Shown one piece after another: positions 9,264 to 19,426 of a DNA stretch of 64,000 nucleotides. Position numbers and translations under genes: made by a program. The stretch is taken from the NCBI RefSeq assembly GCF_002158865.1, contig NZ_CP021455.1, forward strand, positions 1,096,835 through 1,160,834, in the 5' to 3' direction. Below the pieces are notes generated by a model, which was not told where the DNA came from, made no database searches, and worked only from the letters and a program-made list of their open reading frames with translations. Each line of letters opens with the position of its first letter. Position 1 is the first letter of the stretch. This stretch comes from Comamonas serinivorans (lineage in GTDB: Bacteria > Pseudomonadota > Gammaproteobacteria > Burkholderiales > Burkholderiaceae_C).

Positions 9264-9992
9264 ATGAACCCACAGAAAGCTGTGCTCGTCATCGGTGCGG
9301 GCGATGCCACGGGAGGCGCGATTGCCCGCCGCTTTGCGCGCGAGGGCTACATCGCCTGCGTCACGCGCCGCAGCGCCGACAAGCTGCAGCCCCTGGTCGA
9401 GCAGATTCGCGCCGACGGCGGCCAGGCGCATGGCTTTGGCAGCGATGCCCGCCAGGAAGAGGCCATGGCCTCGTTGGTGGCGCACATCGAGCGTGACATC
9501 GCCCCCATCGAGGTGGCGGTGTTCAACATCGGCGCCAACGTGCGCTTTCCCATCACCGAGACCACCGCGCGCGTCTACTTCAAGGTGTGGGAGATGGCCT
9601 GTTTCGCCGGCTTTCTGATGGGACGCGAGGCGGCCAAGGTGATGGTGCCGCGGGGCCGCGGCACCATTCTGTTCACCGGGGCCACGGCCAGCCTGCGGGG
9701 GCGCGACGGGTTCGCGGCCTTTGCCGGCGCCAAGCACGGCTTGCGGGCGCTGGCACAGAGCATGGCGCGCGAGCTGTGGCCGAAGGGCATCCACGTCGCC
9801 CACCCCATCATCGACGGCGCCATCGACACCGACTTCATCCAGAGCAATTTCCCCGAACGCTATGCGACCAAGGCGCAGGACGGCATCGTCAACCCCGAGC
9901 GCATCGCCGAGCTGTACTGGCAGATCCACCAGCAGCCGCGCGACGCCTGGACGCACGAAACCGAGCTGCGGCCCTGGATGGAGCCGTGGTGA
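9264..9992 (+). CDS. short-chain dehydrogenase/reductase (SDR)
   Basis: VIGAGDATGGAIARRFA Rossmann motif; NIGAN; S...Y..AK-type catalytic region (FAGAKHGLRALAQSMA). Confidence 0.85.
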   Translation: MNPQKAVLVIGAGDATGGAIARRFAREGYIACVTRRSADKLQPLVEQIRADGGQAHGFGSDARQEEAMASLVAHIERDIAPIEVAVFNIGANVRFPITETTARVYFKVWEMACFAGFLMGREAAKVMVPRGRGTILFTGATASLRGRDGFAAFAGAKHGLRALAQSMARELWPKGIHVAHPIIDGAIDTDFIQSNFPERYATKAQDGIVNPERIAELYWQIHQQPRDAWTHETELRPWMEPW

Positions 9993-10220
9993 GGCCGCGT
10001 GAGCCTGGGTGACGCGCCGATGTGCGCGGGCCGGCGATGATGGCGAACACGGTGGCGTGGCGATCCGCCCATGAGCCTGGACCAGCCCGGCTACGCGGGC
10101 GATGGCCGCGACCGCGTGGCTGTCACCCAGCTGGGCGCGCCGTCTTGGCCGTGGGTGAGGTGGCGTGGTCCACAGGCGCCATCGGCGCGACACCCGTTGT
10201 GATGCAAAGATGAATTAAAC

Positions 10221-10272
10221 GCAGTATGCATGGCTTGCCGTTTGAAGATGAACGGCAATGGCTGCATACTGC
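10221..10272. repeat. nested-palindrome repeat family, copy R5
   Basis: GCAGTATGCA / TGCATACTGC perfect 10-bp outer arms. Inner TTGCCGTT-TGAAGATG-AACGGCAA. Confidence 0.9.
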
Positions 10273-10293
10273 ACACTGAATGCAGGAGACACC

Positions 10294-10896
10294 ATGAGCA
10301 AGACCGCGGATTTTCTGTTTGACTTCGGCAGCCCCAATGCCTACCTGAGCCACAAGGTGATCCCGCAGATCGAGGCGCGCACGGGCGCGCGGTTCACCTA
10401 CGTGCCCATTTTGCTGGGCGGCTTGTTCAAGGCGGCCAACAACCGCTCGCCCATGGAGGCCTTCGCCGACATCCCGAACAAGCTCGCCTACGAGCGCGTG
10501 GAGCGCGAGCGCTTCGTCAAGCGGCATGCGCTCACCGCCTTCCGCCACAACCCGCACTTTCCGGTCAACACGCTGCAGATCATGCGTGGCGCGGTGGCGG
10601 CGCAGCAGCTCGGCTGCTTCGAGCGCTACGTCGACGTGGTCTACGCCAGCATGTGGGAGCGCGGCGCCAACATGGCCGACGCTGCCGTCATCGCGGCCGA
10701 ACTCACGGCGGGCGGGCTGGACGCGGCGGCCATCCAGGCCGCCTCGCAGGCGCCCGAGGTCAAGGCCGGGCTGCTGGCCAACACGCAGCAGGCCTTCGAG
10801 CGCGGGGCCTTCGGCTCGCCCACCTTCTTCGTCGGCCCGGAGATCTACTTTGGCAAGGACAAGCTGCGCGAGGTCGAAGAGGCGCTGGCGGCTTGA
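10294..10896 (+). CDS. 2-hydroxychromene-2-carboxylate isomerase family (DsbA-like) protein
   Basis: FLFDFGSPNAYL...GAFGSPTFFVG.EIYFGKDKL is the typical HCCA isomerase / DsbA-fold pattern. Confidence 0.8.
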   Translation: MSKTADFLFDFGSPNAYLSHKVIPQIEARTGARFTYVPILLGGLFKAANNRSPMEAFADIPNKLAYERVERERFVKRHALTAFRHNPHFPVNTLQIMRGAVAAQQLGCFERYVDVVYASMWERGANMADAAVIAAELTAGGLDAAAIQAASQAPEVKAGLLANTQQAFERGAFGSPTFFVGPEIYFGKDKLREVEEALAA

Positions 10897-11023
10897 CGCC
10901 GAGCCTTGTTCACGGCCAACGCCGCGGCGTTGGGGCATGGCGCGGCCTGCTGAGGCAGCTCAGCGCCTGCAGCCCCATCACCACGTGCGTGCGACATTCC
11001 ATGAACCCCAAGGAGACACGGAC

Positions 11024-11437
11024 ATGAGCGACATCCATTACCAGGCCGTGCTGCCCGAGGGCTGGCAGCGCCCGCGCGGTTTTTCGCATGGCGTGGTGGC
11101 CCAGGGCAGCAAGCTGCTGCGCATCGCGGGGCAGATCGGCAGCAAGCCGGACGCGCACGGCGTGGAAGCGGGGCTGGATTTCGGCCAGCAGTGGGAGCGC
11201 GCGCTGGGGAATGTGGTGGCCGTGGTGCGCGCCGCTGGCGGCAGCGCGAGCCACCTGGTGGCGCTGCGCGTCTACGTCACCCGCATGGACGACTTTCGCG
11301 AGCACGGCGCCGCGATCGGCGCGGCCTGGTCCACGCACCTGGGCAAGCACTTTCCGGCCATGACGCTGGTGCAGGTGGCGGGCTTGCTCGATGCCCACGC
11401 CACGGTGGAGATCGAAGCCGAGGCCGTGCTGGCCTGA
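11024..11437 (+). CDS. RidA/YjgF family deaminase-like protein
   Basis: 137 aa; GQIG...LRVYVT...P A.T.V.V..L......VEIEAEAV C-terminal signature; RBS AAGGAGA. Confidence 0.8.
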   Translation: MSDIHYQAVLPEGWQRPRGFSHGVVAQGSKLLRIAGQIGSKPDAHGVEAGLDFGQQWERALGNVVAVVRAAGGSASHLVALRVYVTRMDDFREHGAAIGAAWSTHLGKHFPAMTLVQVAGLLDAHATVEIEAEAVLA

Positions 11438-11929
11438 ACGCTCGCCACGACCGGCGAGGCGCCGACGTGGCGGTTCGTCGCCATCGCGGGAAGCCCCATG
11501 CGCAGCACCAGGTGCCTGGCTGGGCTTGCAGCACTCGGCACCACCGGGTCATTGGCGTCAACGCCAGAGGTGACCGCCACCAGCTGCCTGTGGTTCAGGC
11601 CCTGGCCGTTCACCAGGCCCATACCGGCTTTGCCGGGGCGGTCTGGGCGATGGTGGATGCTGCGGTGGAGCGCCAGCCGGGAAGCGGAACATCACCTTGT
11701 CCCGACTGCTTCGGCGCAGAGCCATGACGACACAGCTGACGTGCGGGGCGGTGATGCGTGACGCGTGACGATGGCCTGTTGGATCAACAGGCAGCCGAAC
11801 TGCAAATCACCACGGCCACCTCCGCCGCTGAGCAACGGAAGTGTTCGTCATGCGGTGAGCGCGTCTGCGTCTGAGATGTCCACGACCTCCCATGCAATCC
11901 GGGGCCGTCGGCCTGGCCCGGGCGACGTG

Positions 11930-12991
11930 TCAGACAGGGGTGCCTGGCGGCCGCTCGCCCTGGCCGTGTGCAGCCTGGGTTGGCGGGATGTGCTGGGCAT
12001 CGGCGGGGGAGTTTGCGCCAGTTTCCGATGATGTTTCGGGTTCATTGACGTAATACTGCTGGCCGCCACCCGACTCGTAGTAAATGCGTGTGAGCAGCTC
12101 GCCAATCAGGCCGGCGGCGACGAAGGTGATGCCCATCAGCACCAGCATCACGCCGACGATGAGCAGCGGGCGCCCGCCGATGTCGTGACCGAACAGCTTG
12201 AGGAGGAACAGCCAGGCCAGGATGAGGAAACCCGGCGTGGCCAGCCACAGGCCCACGCCCCCGAAGGCGTGCAGCGGGCGCTGGCGGTAGCGCATCAGGA
12301 AGACCATGAGGATCAGGTCCAGGATGACGCGGAAGGTGCGGTCGATGCCGTACTTGGACACGCCGCGTGTGCGGGCGTGGTGGCGCACGGGCACCTCGGT
12401 GATGCGGGCGCCGGCATCGCGCGCCAGCGATGGGATGAAGCGGTGCAGTTCGCCATAAAGGTGGATGCGGTCGATGATGTGCCGCCGGTAGGCCTTGAGC
12501 GCGCAGCCATAGTCGTGCAGCTGCACGCCGGTGGCCTGGGAGATCAGGCGGTTGGCGATTTTGGACGGCAGCTTGCGCGAGAGCGCCGCGTCCTGCCGGT
12601 CCTTGCGCCAGCCCGAGACCATGTCCACGTCGGGATCGGTCTCGAGCCGGTTCAGCAGCAGCGGGATGTCGTCGGGCTCGTTCTGCAGGTCGGCATCCAG
12701 CGTGACCACGTAGCGGCCGCGCACGCGGTCGAAGCCCGCCTGCAGGCCGCTGGACTGGCCGTAGTTGCGGGCCAGCAGCACGGGGCGCAGCCAGGGCCGC
12801 GTGCGGGCCAGCTCGAGCAGCAGCTTGCCGCTGCCGTCGCGGGAGCCGTCGTCCACGGCAATCAGCTCGAACGACAGCGGCTGGCTGCGCATGGCGGCCT
12901 CGATGCGCGTGACCAGGTCGGGCAGGTTGTCCACCTCGTTGTAGATGGGGACGACGATGGAGACCTCAGGGGGTGTGGAAATGGGCTGCAT
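11930..12991 (-). CDS. GT2 polyprenyl-phosphate glycosyltransferase (ArnC/RgtE-like)
   Basis: SIVVPIYNE...AVDDGSRDGS...LARNYGQ...TLDADLQNEP followed by two C-terminal TM segments. The C-terminal tail is read through repeat copy R6. Confidence 0.85.
   Translation of the reverse strand: MQPISTPPEVSIVVPIYNEVDNLPDLVTRIEAAMRSQPLSFELIAVDDGSRDGSGKLLLELARTRPWLRPVLLARNYGQSSGLQAGFDRVRGRYVVTLDADLQNEPDDIPLLLNRLETDPDVDMVSGWRKDRQDAALSRKLPSKIANRLISQATGVQLHDYGCALKAYRRHIIDRIHLYGELHRFIPSLARDAGARITEVPVRHHARTRGVSKYGIDRTFRVILDLILMVFLMRYRQRPLHAFGGVGLWLATPGFLILAWLFLLKLFGHDIGGRPLLIVGVMLVLMGITFVAAGLIGELLTRIYYESGGGQQYYVNEPETSSETGANSPADAQHIPPTQAAHGQGERPPGTPV
12008..12059. repeat. nested-palindrome repeat family, copy R6 (in the 3' end of the GT2 gene)
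   Basis: GGAGTTTGC ... TTTCCGATGA-TGTT-TCGGG ... GTAATACTGC. The minus strand resembles R13 (TCATCGGAAA.TGGC.GCA.ACTCC). Confidence 0.6.
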
Positions 12992-13159
12992 GGCGGGTGG
13001 ATGAGGCGGGCGATGACGCATGGGCACGCTGGCGAACCGGCGTCCGGTGTCCTGGCGACAGGCCTGGCGCTGCGGGGCAGGTGGATAATCACCGCAAACG
13101 CCGATTGTGCCCATTCCGAGTTCCGTCGCGCGCTGCGCCACCGCCTGCCGCCCACCTCC

Positions 13160-14752
13160 ATGCCCCGTTCGCCCGCTGCTTCCTCAGACGCCGCCCGTCC
13201 GTCCCCTGCGCAGCGGCCCTGGCTGCAAGCCCTGTACGACAACCCCTGGCCCTGGCTGCTGGCCTTTTTGCTGGCCCACGTGGTGTCGCGCGGCGTGATC
13301 TCAACCGGCATGAAATGGGACGAGTCCGAGCAGATTCTCTGGTCGCAGCAGCTGGCCCTGGGCTATGGCGCGCAGCCGCCGCTCTACACCTGGCTGCAGT
13401 GGGCCGTGATCCAGGTGCTGGGGCCGTCGGTGCTGGCGCTGGCGCTGGTCAAGCACGCGGCCATTGGCCTGACCTATGTGCTGGCCTGGCTGGCCGCGCG
13501 GCAGCTGCTCACGGCGCGCGGTGCCTTCTGGGTCGCCAGCGGGCTGCTGCTGATGCCGCCTTTCGGCTGGAACGCGGTGCGCGACCTGACCCACACCGTG
13601 CTCGTCACGGCGATGGCGCTGGGCCTGTGCGGGGCCGTGCTGCGCCTGGTGCAGGCGCCCAGACCGGGCCACTACGCGCTGGTGGGCCTGTTCTGCGGCC
13701 TGGGCATGATGGCCAAGTACAGCTTTGCCCTGAGCATCGGCGCGTTCTTCGTCGCCTGCCTCACGGTGCCGCAGGCGCGGCGCGCCCTGTTTCAGCGCGG
13801 CTGGTGGCTGGCGCCGCTGGTGGGCCTGCTGATCTTCGCGCCCAACGGCTGGTGGGTGCTGAACCATTGGCACGAGGCCACGGCGGCCACCCTGGACAAG
13901 ATGGAGATCTCGCAGCAGGTGTCGGTCTTCACCGGCGCCGCGAACCTGCTGCAGATCACGGCGTCCACGTTGCTGCTGTGGGCCCTGGTGGTGGTGCTGG
14001 CCTTTCGCGGCCAGCTGCGCGCGCCCTTGCCCGCCGACGCCGATGCCCGCTGGCCCTGGCGCAGCTGGGCCTGGCCGCTGCTGGGGCGCTACCTGCTGTT
14101 CGTCGGCCTGGCCATGGTGGCCATGGTCGTGCTGGGCGATGTGAGCAACTTCAAGGAGCGCTGGCTGCTGCCCCTGGTGGCCGTGGTGCCGTTGGCGTTC
14201 TTCGTCTGGCGCCCGTCGCTGCAGGCCGACGACAACCCGCGCGGCGGCCTGTACACCGGGGCGGTGCTGGTGTTCGCGCTGATCTTCTTCGCCATGGCGA
14301 CGGCGCGGCCCTGGGTGGCCGGTGCACGCAACCAGGACAAGCCCGGCGAGGCCGACGAGCTGACTTTTCCGGTGCCCGAGCTGGCGGCCCGGCTGCGCCA
14401 GGCGGGCTACGACGGGCGTGGCGACATCGTGGGCGCCGACCACATGCTGGCGGCCATGATGCGGTCCGAGTTTCCCCAGGTGCAGGCGCGCGGCTGCGCG
14501 CCTTTGCCAGGTCGCACGCCGGCGGCCTGCGTGGCCCAGGCCCTGCAGCAGGCGCGTGCCACAGGGCGGGGCCTGCTGCTGGTGTCGCGTGCCCGTGACG
14601 CGGGCTGGTGGGCCGCAGTATTGCCCCAGACTGGTTACAAAGAGTACGAGAGCATGGCCATACCTTCTTCCAAAATGCCTGTTGACGCGGCACCGATGCC
14701 GTTCCATTTCGTGTGGGTGCCCCCGCAGACCGTGCCGGGGGCGCAGCCATGA
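13160..14752 (+). CDS. ArnT/PMT-like (GT39/GT83) lipid-linked sugar transferase
   Basis: Polytopic protein starting [26 protein letters not shown]. Divergent from the GT2 gene. The first 325 aa of the 12185..14752 ORF are antisense to the GT2 gene and were trimmed. Confidence 0.75.
   Translation: MPRSPAASSDAARPSPAQRPWLQALYDNPWPWLLAFLLAHVVSRGVISTGMKWDESEQILWSQQLALGYGAQPPLYTWLQWAVIQVLGPSVLALALVKHAAIGLTYVLAWLAARQLLTARGAFWVASGLLLMPPFGWNAVRDLTHTVLVTAMALGLCGAVLRLVQAPRPGHYALVGLFCGLGMMAKYSFALSIGAFFVACLTVPQARRALFQRGWWLAPLVGLLIFAPNGWWVLNHWHEATAATLDKMEISQQVSVFTGAANLLQITASTLLLWALVVVLAFRGQLRAPLPADADARWPWRSWAWPLLGRYLLFVGLAMVAMVVLGDVSNFKERWLLPLVAVVPLAFFVWRPSLQADDNPRGGLYTGAVLVFALIFFAMATARPWVAGARNQDKPGEADELTFPVPELAARLRQAGYDGRGDIVGADHMLAAMMRSEFPQVQARGCAPLPGRTPAACVAQALQQARATGRGLLLVSRARDAGWWAAVLPQTGYKEYESMAIPSSKMPVDAAPMPFHFVWVPPQTVPGAQP
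14615..14664. repeat. nested-palindrome repeat family, copy R7 (in the 3' end of the ArnT-like gene)
   Basis: GCAGTATTG ... GGCCATACC outer arms with a degenerate interior. A partial inner-arm-like GATGCCGTTCCATTTCG follows. Confidence 0.5.
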
Positions 14753-15768
14753 GCACGGTGCTGGTCACCGGCGTGGCGGGCTTCATCGGCATGCATTGCG
14801 CGCGCGAGCTGCTGGGCCAGGGCCACCAGGTCGTGGGCATCGACAACCTCAACGCCTACTACGAGGTCTCGCTCAAGCAAGCGCGGCTGGCCCAGCTGCA
14901 GGCGCACCCGCATGCCGCGAACTTCCGCTTCGAGCGGCTGGACGTGGCCGACCGCGACGGCATGGCCCGGTTGTTCGACGCCACGCGCCCCACGCGCGTG
15001 CTGCACCTGGCCGCCCAGGCCGGCGTGCGCTACTCCATCGACCAGCCCGACGACTACACCGACGCCAACCTGCTGGGCTTTGGCAACGTGCTGCAGAACG
15101 GCCGCCGCCACGCCGTGCAGCACCTGGTGTATGCCAGCAGCTCCAGCGTCTACGGCGGCAACGCCAAGATGCCCTATGCCGAGCGCGATGCCGTCGACCA
15201 CCCCATCAGCTACTACGCGGCCACCAAGAAGGCCAACGAGCTGATGGCGCACACCTACGCCCACCTTTACGGCATGCCGACGACGGGCTTGCGCTTCTTC
15301 ACCGTCTATGGGCCCTGGGGCCGGCCCGACATGGCCTTGTTCAAGTTCACGCGCGCCATGCTGGCGGGCGAGGCCATCGACGTCTACGGCCAGGGCCAGC
15401 TGGTGCGCGACTTCACCTTCATCGACGACATCGTCCAGGGGGTGCTGCGCGTGCTGGACAAACCCGCCACGCCCGATGCCCAGTACGACGCCATGGTGCC
15501 CAATCCGGGAACGAGCACGGCCCCATACCGCATCTTCAACATCGGCAACAGCCAGCCCACGGTGCTGATGGACTACATCGCCGCCATCGAGCGCGCCCTG
15601 GGCGTCACCGCCAACAAACGCATGCTGCCCATTCAGCCGGGCGACATGCAGGCCACTTCGGCCGACACGCGTGCCCTGCGCGACTGGGTCGGCTTCGAGC
15701 CCGGCACGCCCGTGACCGTCGGCGTGCAGCGCTTCGTGGATTGGTACAGGGAGTTTTTCCGCACATGA
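14749..15768 (+). CDS. UDP-glucuronate 4-epimerase (NAD-dependent epimerase family)
   Basis: [69 protein letters not shown] are hallmarks of the LpsL/Cap1J-type epimerases. ATGA overlap with the upstream gene. Confidence 0.8.
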   Translation: MSTVLVTGVAGFIGMHCARELLGQGHQVVGIDNLNAYYEVSLKQARLAQLQAHPHAANFRFERLDVADRDGMARLFDATRPTRVLHLAAQAGVRYSIDQPDDYTDANLLGFGNVLQNGRRHAVQHLVYASSSSVYGGNAKMPYAERDAVDHPISYYAATKKANELMAHTYAHLYGMPTTGLRFFTVYGPWGRPDMALFKFTRAMLAGEAIDVYGQGQLVRDFTFIDDIVQGVLRVLDKPATPDAQYDAMVPNPGTSTAPYRIFNIGNSQPTVLMDYIAAIERALGVTANKRMLPIQPGDMQATSADTRALRDWVGFEPGTPVTVGVQRFVDWYREFFRT

Positions 15769-17135
15769 AAGTCACCGTATTTGGCACCGGCTACGTGGGC
15801 CTGGTGCAGGGGGCCGTGCTGGCCGATGCCGGCCACCACGTGCTCTGCGTGGACGTGGACGCCGACAAGGTGGCGGGCCTCCAGGCCGGCCGCATGCCCA
15901 TCCACGAGCCTGGCCTGGAGGCGCTGGTGCACCGCACCCAGCAGCTCGGCCGGCTGGACTTCACCACCGATGCCGCCGAGGGCGTGCGCCGCAGTCCCGT
16001 CATCTTCCTGGCCGTGGGCACGCCGCCCGACGAGGACGGCAGCGCCGACCTGCAGTACGTGCTGGCCGTCGCGCGCACCATCGCCACGCACATGGATGGC
16101 CCCCGCACCGTCATCAACAAATCGACGGTGCCCGTGGGCACGGCCGACAAGGTGGCGCAGGTGTTGCGCCAGGTGCTGGCCGAGCGCGGTGCCGACCACG
16201 TGTTCGACGTCGTCTCCAACCCCGAATTCCTCAAGGAGGGCGCCGCCGTGGCCGATTGCCAGCGGCCGGACCGCATCATCGTCGGCACCGACAGCCCGCG
16301 GGCCGAAGCCCAGCTGCGCGAGCTGTACGCGCCCTTCAACCGCAACCACGACAAGATCGTGGTGATGGACGTGAAGAGCGCCGAGCTGACCAAGTACGCC
16401 GCCAACGCCATGCTGGCGACCAAGATCAGCTTCATGAACGAGATCGCCAACATCGCCGAGCGCATGGGGGCCGACATCGAGGCCGTGCGCCGCGGCATCG
16501 GCAGCGATCCGCGCATCGGCTACCACTTCATCTACCCCGGGGTGGGCTATGGCGGCAGCTGCTTTCCCAAGGACGTGAAGGCCCTCATCCACACCGCACA
16601 AGAGGCCGGCTTCGAGCCCACGCTGCTCGACGCCGTGGAGGCACGCAACCGCGCCCAGCGCGAGGTGCTGTTCTCGAAGATCAGTGCGCATTACGCGGCC
16701 CGGGGCGGGTCGCTGGCCGGCAAGACCGTCGCCGTCTGGGGCCTGGCCTTCAAGCCCAACACCGACGACATGCGCGAAGCGCCCAGCCGCAACCTGCTGC
16801 AGGCCCTGTGGCAGGCCGGCGCCACCGTGCAGGCGCATGACCCCGTGGCCATGGCCGAGGCCCGCCGCATCTTCGGCGAGCGCCCCGACCTGCGCCTGGT
16901 GGACAGCCCCATGGCCGCGCTGCAGGGGGCCGACTGCCTGGCCATCGTGACCGAGTGGCAGAGCTTTCGCGTGCCCGATTTCGACGAGCTGGCCCAGGCC
17001 CTGACAGACCGCATCGTGTTCGACGGCCGCAACCTGTACGACCCCGCCGTGGTCGCCCGCCACGGGCTGACCTACGTGTCGATCGGTCGGCCGGTGCGCG
17101 GTGAGCCCGCCGGAGACTGGCTGAATCCGGTTTGA
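15765..17135 (+). CDS. ugd: UDP-glucose 6-dehydrogenase
   Basis: [14 protein letters not shown]...GGSCFPKDV...[19 protein letters not shown] overlap with the epimerase gene. Confidence 0.9.
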   Translation: MKVTVFGTGYVGLVQGAVLADAGHHVLCVDVDADKVAGLQAGRMPIHEPGLEALVHRTQQLGRLDFTTDAAEGVRRSPVIFLAVGTPPDEDGSADLQYVLAVARTIATHMDGPRTVINKSTVPVGTADKVAQVLRQVLAERGADHVFDVVSNPEFLKEGAAVADCQRPDRIIVGTDSPRAEAQLRELYAPFNRNHDKIVVMDVKSAELTKYAANAMLATKISFMNEIANIAERMGADIEAVRRGIGSDPRIGYHFIYPGVGYGGSCFPKDVKALIHTAQEAGFEPTLLDAVEARNRAQREVLFSKISAHYAARGGSLAGKTVAVWGLAFKPNTDDMREAPSRNLLQALWQAGATVQAHDPVAMAEARRIFGERPDLRLVDSPMAALQGADCLAIVTEWQSFRVPDFDELAQALTDRIVFDGRNLYDPAVVARHGLTYVSIGRPVRGEPAGDWLNPV

Positions 17136-17142
17136 ACATCAG

Positions 17143-17195
17143 CCAGTATGGGTTGGTTGCCGTTGATGAAAAAACGGCAATGAGCTTATACCCCC
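17143..17195. repeat. nested-palindrome repeat family, copy R8
   Basis: CCAGTATGGG ... TTGCCGTT-GATGAAAA-AACGGCAA ... CTTATACCCCC. Between ugd and the GIY-YIG/DUF4357 gene. Confidence 0.85.
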
Positions 17196-17219
17196 ATTCA
17201 AGATGACACAAGGCAAGCC

Positions 17220-18149
17220 ATGAGCATCGGCCGCAGCATTCGCCTGTTCCTGGTGGACGGGTCTTCCAATGGCCTGCTGACCGCAGAAATCATGAACTGG
17301 ACCGGCCACGTGCTGACCGGTCCGCGCAGCAAGCTGGCCGAGGTGGTGCGGCGGCCCGAGTGCGCGCGCACCGGCATCTACTTCCTGATCGGCCCCGATC
17401 CCGACAACGCCTTGCTGACGCGCGTCTACATCGGTGAATCCGACGATGTGGCGGAGCGCCTCAAGCAGCACAACCGGCCCGAAACCCCGGACGGCAGGGG
17501 CGGCAAGGACTTCTGGGAGCGCGTGTGCCTGGTCACCAGCAAGGACATGAACCTGACCAAGGCGCACGCCAAGTACCTGGAGAGCAAGCTCATCGGCATC
17601 GCCACGGCTGCGGGGCGCTGCGTGGTGTCCAACGGCACGGCGCACGACTACGGGGCGCTGCCCGAGTCCGACCGCGCCGACATGGCGTACTTCCTCGACC
17701 AGATCCGCACCGTGCTGCCCGTGCTGGGCTTCGACTTTCTGCACGAGGCGCGACGGGCGCCGTCCACCTTGCCCGTCCCGCCGGTGGCCGACGCGCAAGG
17801 CTTCGAGATGAGCGTGCCGCGCCATGGCATCCAGGCCTTCGCCAAAGAGGTGGATGGCGAGTTCGTGGTGCAGCAGGGCTCGCGCGCACGCGGCAGCTGG
17901 ATCGGCGGCATCAGCGGCTACCAGGGGCTGTTTGAACAGCTGGTGGCCAGCGGCATCCTGCAGGCCGACGGGGCCGACCACTGCCGGTTTGCCGAGGACC
18001 ACGCCTTCAGCAGCCCCAGTGCCGCCGCGTCGGTGGTGTGCGGCCGCATCGCCAACGGCCGCACCAGCTGGCTGGTGCAAGGCAGCTTGCAAACCTATGC
18101 CGATTGGCAGGACGCCCAGCTCAAGGCCGACGGGGCGCCAGCCGAGTGA
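17220..18149 (+). CDS. GIY-YIG nuclease family protein with DUF4357-like C-terminal domain
   Basis: GIYFLIG...VYIGESDDVAERLKQH...KYLESKLI in the N-terminal half. C-terminal FVVQQGS.AR......Y..L.E.L...G.L...F.ED..FSSPSAAASVV.GR..NG...W matches the DUF4357 pattern. Confidence 0.7.
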   Translation: MSIGRSIRLFLVDGSSNGLLTAEIMNWTGHVLTGPRSKLAEVVRRPECARTGIYFLIGPDPDNALLTRVYIGESDDVAERLKQHNRPETPDGRGGKDFWERVCLVTSKDMNLTKAHAKYLESKLIGIATAAGRCVVSNGTAHDYGALPESDRADMAYFLDQIRTVLPVLGFDFLHEARRAPSTLPVPPVADAQGFEMSVPRHGIQAFAKEVDGEFVVQQGSRARGSWIGGISGYQGLFEQLVASGILQADGADHCRFAEDHAFSSPSAAASVVCGRIANGRTSWLVQGSLQTYADWQDAQLKADGAPAE

Positions 18150-18518
18150 CGCGCGACTGGCTGTGAGGACGCGCTGACGCGCTGGGCAAACGCAGCCATT
18201 GGTGCGCCCCTCACCGCCGGCCGTTCAGGGGGTGCACCGTGTTGCCAACTTGGCGCCTCGCCTTTTTGCCGCGACCGCGCGGAGCAGCTTCCTTCACGGT
18301 CACTTTGCTTCGGCGTCCCGTGACAAGTATGCGCAGGCGAATGGCGCACGCGAGGACACGCGTAGGCGGTACACAGGCCGTGTCAACACAAACCGCGTGG
18401 TCACCTGCGACCACCCCGAGCCGCCGGTGAGGGCTGCGCATCGGCTGCGTGGCCCGCGGGGGCCACGCCGGTTCGCGCCCCGCGGCGGGTGCCAGGCTGG
18501 CGCAGACCCTGGGCCGAC

Positions 18519-19406
18519 TCAGCGCCCGAAGGCGAACACGGCCGGGTCGTGCTTGCTGGGCAGGGCCACGGCATTCGCCTCGGCGTTCGCCCCGCTGGCG
18601 CGCAGCCAGCTGCGCCACTGGCTCACGCTGCCGCTGCGCGTGTGGCCGCCCGGCAGGGTCAGGCCCCAGCTCAGCGACAGCCGCGTGTTGGGCTGCAAGC
18701 CTTGCACCAGCGCCTGCAGCAGCGCGGCGTTGCGGAACGGGGTTTCGATGGCGATCTGCGTTTGCCCGGTTTTGAGCGCGTGCGCCTCCAGCTGCTTGAT
18801 GCGCGTGCTGCGTTGGCTGGCGTCCTGCGGCAGGTAGCCGATGAAGGCAAAGCTCTGCCCGTTCAGGCCGCTGGCGGCCAGCGCCAGCAGCAGCGACACC
18901 GGGCCGGGCAGGACGACCACGGGCACGCCCAGGGCATGTGCGGCCCGCACCACGGCGCTGCCGGGGTCGGCAATCGCGGGCATGCCGGCCTCGCTGATCA
19001 GGCCCACGTCCAGGCCTTGCTGGGTGGGGGCCAGCCAGGCGCGGGCCGCGGCCTCGGTCTGGCGGCCGGCCTCGTGGGTGCCGTCGTGGTCGCCCTGCTT
19101 GTGCGCGGCGCGCGGCAGTTCGCTGATCTGCATCTGCTGCAGCGGCACGGCCAGCGGGCAGACCTCGCCGATGCGTTTGAGCACGGCCCGGGCCGTCTTG
19201 GCGTTTTCGCACACCCAGTGCGTGATCTGCGAGGCGGTGTGCAGCACGCCGTGGGGCAGCACCTCGGTGATGGGCACACCCGCTTCGCAGCCGAAGTCCA
19301 GCGGCGCCGGCACCAGCACCAGGCGCCCCGGCGCACGCGGGCTTGGTTGCTCGCTGGGGGATGAAGAAACTTCGGCAGTATCGGGATTTTCCGTTGAGTG
19401 CGTCAT
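18519..19406 (-). CDS. SAM-dependent methyltransferase, tetrapyrrole-methylase (RsmI-like) superfamily
   Basis: GLISEAGMPAIADPG...VVVLPGPVSLLLALAASGL...F.F.GYLP. Lies immediately downstream of maf. The annotated start codon and first ~11 codons lie inside repeat copy R9, so the start is uncertain. Confidence 0.65.
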   Translation of the reverse strand: MTHSTENPDTAEVSSSPSEQPSPRAPGRLVLVPAPLDFGCEAGVPITEVLPHGVLHTASQITHWVCENAKTARAVLKRIGEVCPLAVPLQQMQISELPRAAHKQGDHDGTHEAGRQTEAAARAWLAPTQQGLDVGLISEAGMPAIADPGSAVVRAAHALGVPVVVLPGPVSLLLALAASGLNGQSFAFIGYLPQDASQRSTRIKQLEAHALKTGQTQIAIETPFRNAALLQALVQGLQPNTRLSLSWGLTLPGGHTRSGSVSQWRSWLRASGANAEANAVALPSKHDPAVFAFGR

Positions 19407-19426
19407 CGGTAATGCTAGATACTGGG
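19374..19426. repeat. nested-palindrome repeat family, copy R9
   Basis: GGCAGTATCGGG ... TTTTCCGTT-GAGTGCGTC-ATCGGTAA ... CTAGATACTGGG. Fills the maf/methyltransferase junction. Confidence 0.75.

Noticed and set aside
12185-13159. N-terminal 325 aa of the 855-aa ORF (and likewise 14556..15764 of the 859-aa ORF)
   Set aside because: These segments are antisense or out of frame to the GT2 and epimerase genes. Recognisable homology starts only at the internal ATGs (13160 for the ArnT-like gene, 15765 for ugd).
18340-18390. Possible 25th, highly degenerate copy of the palindromic repeat (AAGTATGCGCAGG...GGCGGTACACAGG)
   Set aside because: Only the left arm resembles the family. There is no inner CCGTT/AACGG or CGATGA hairpin, and the right arm has GTAC instead of ATAC.
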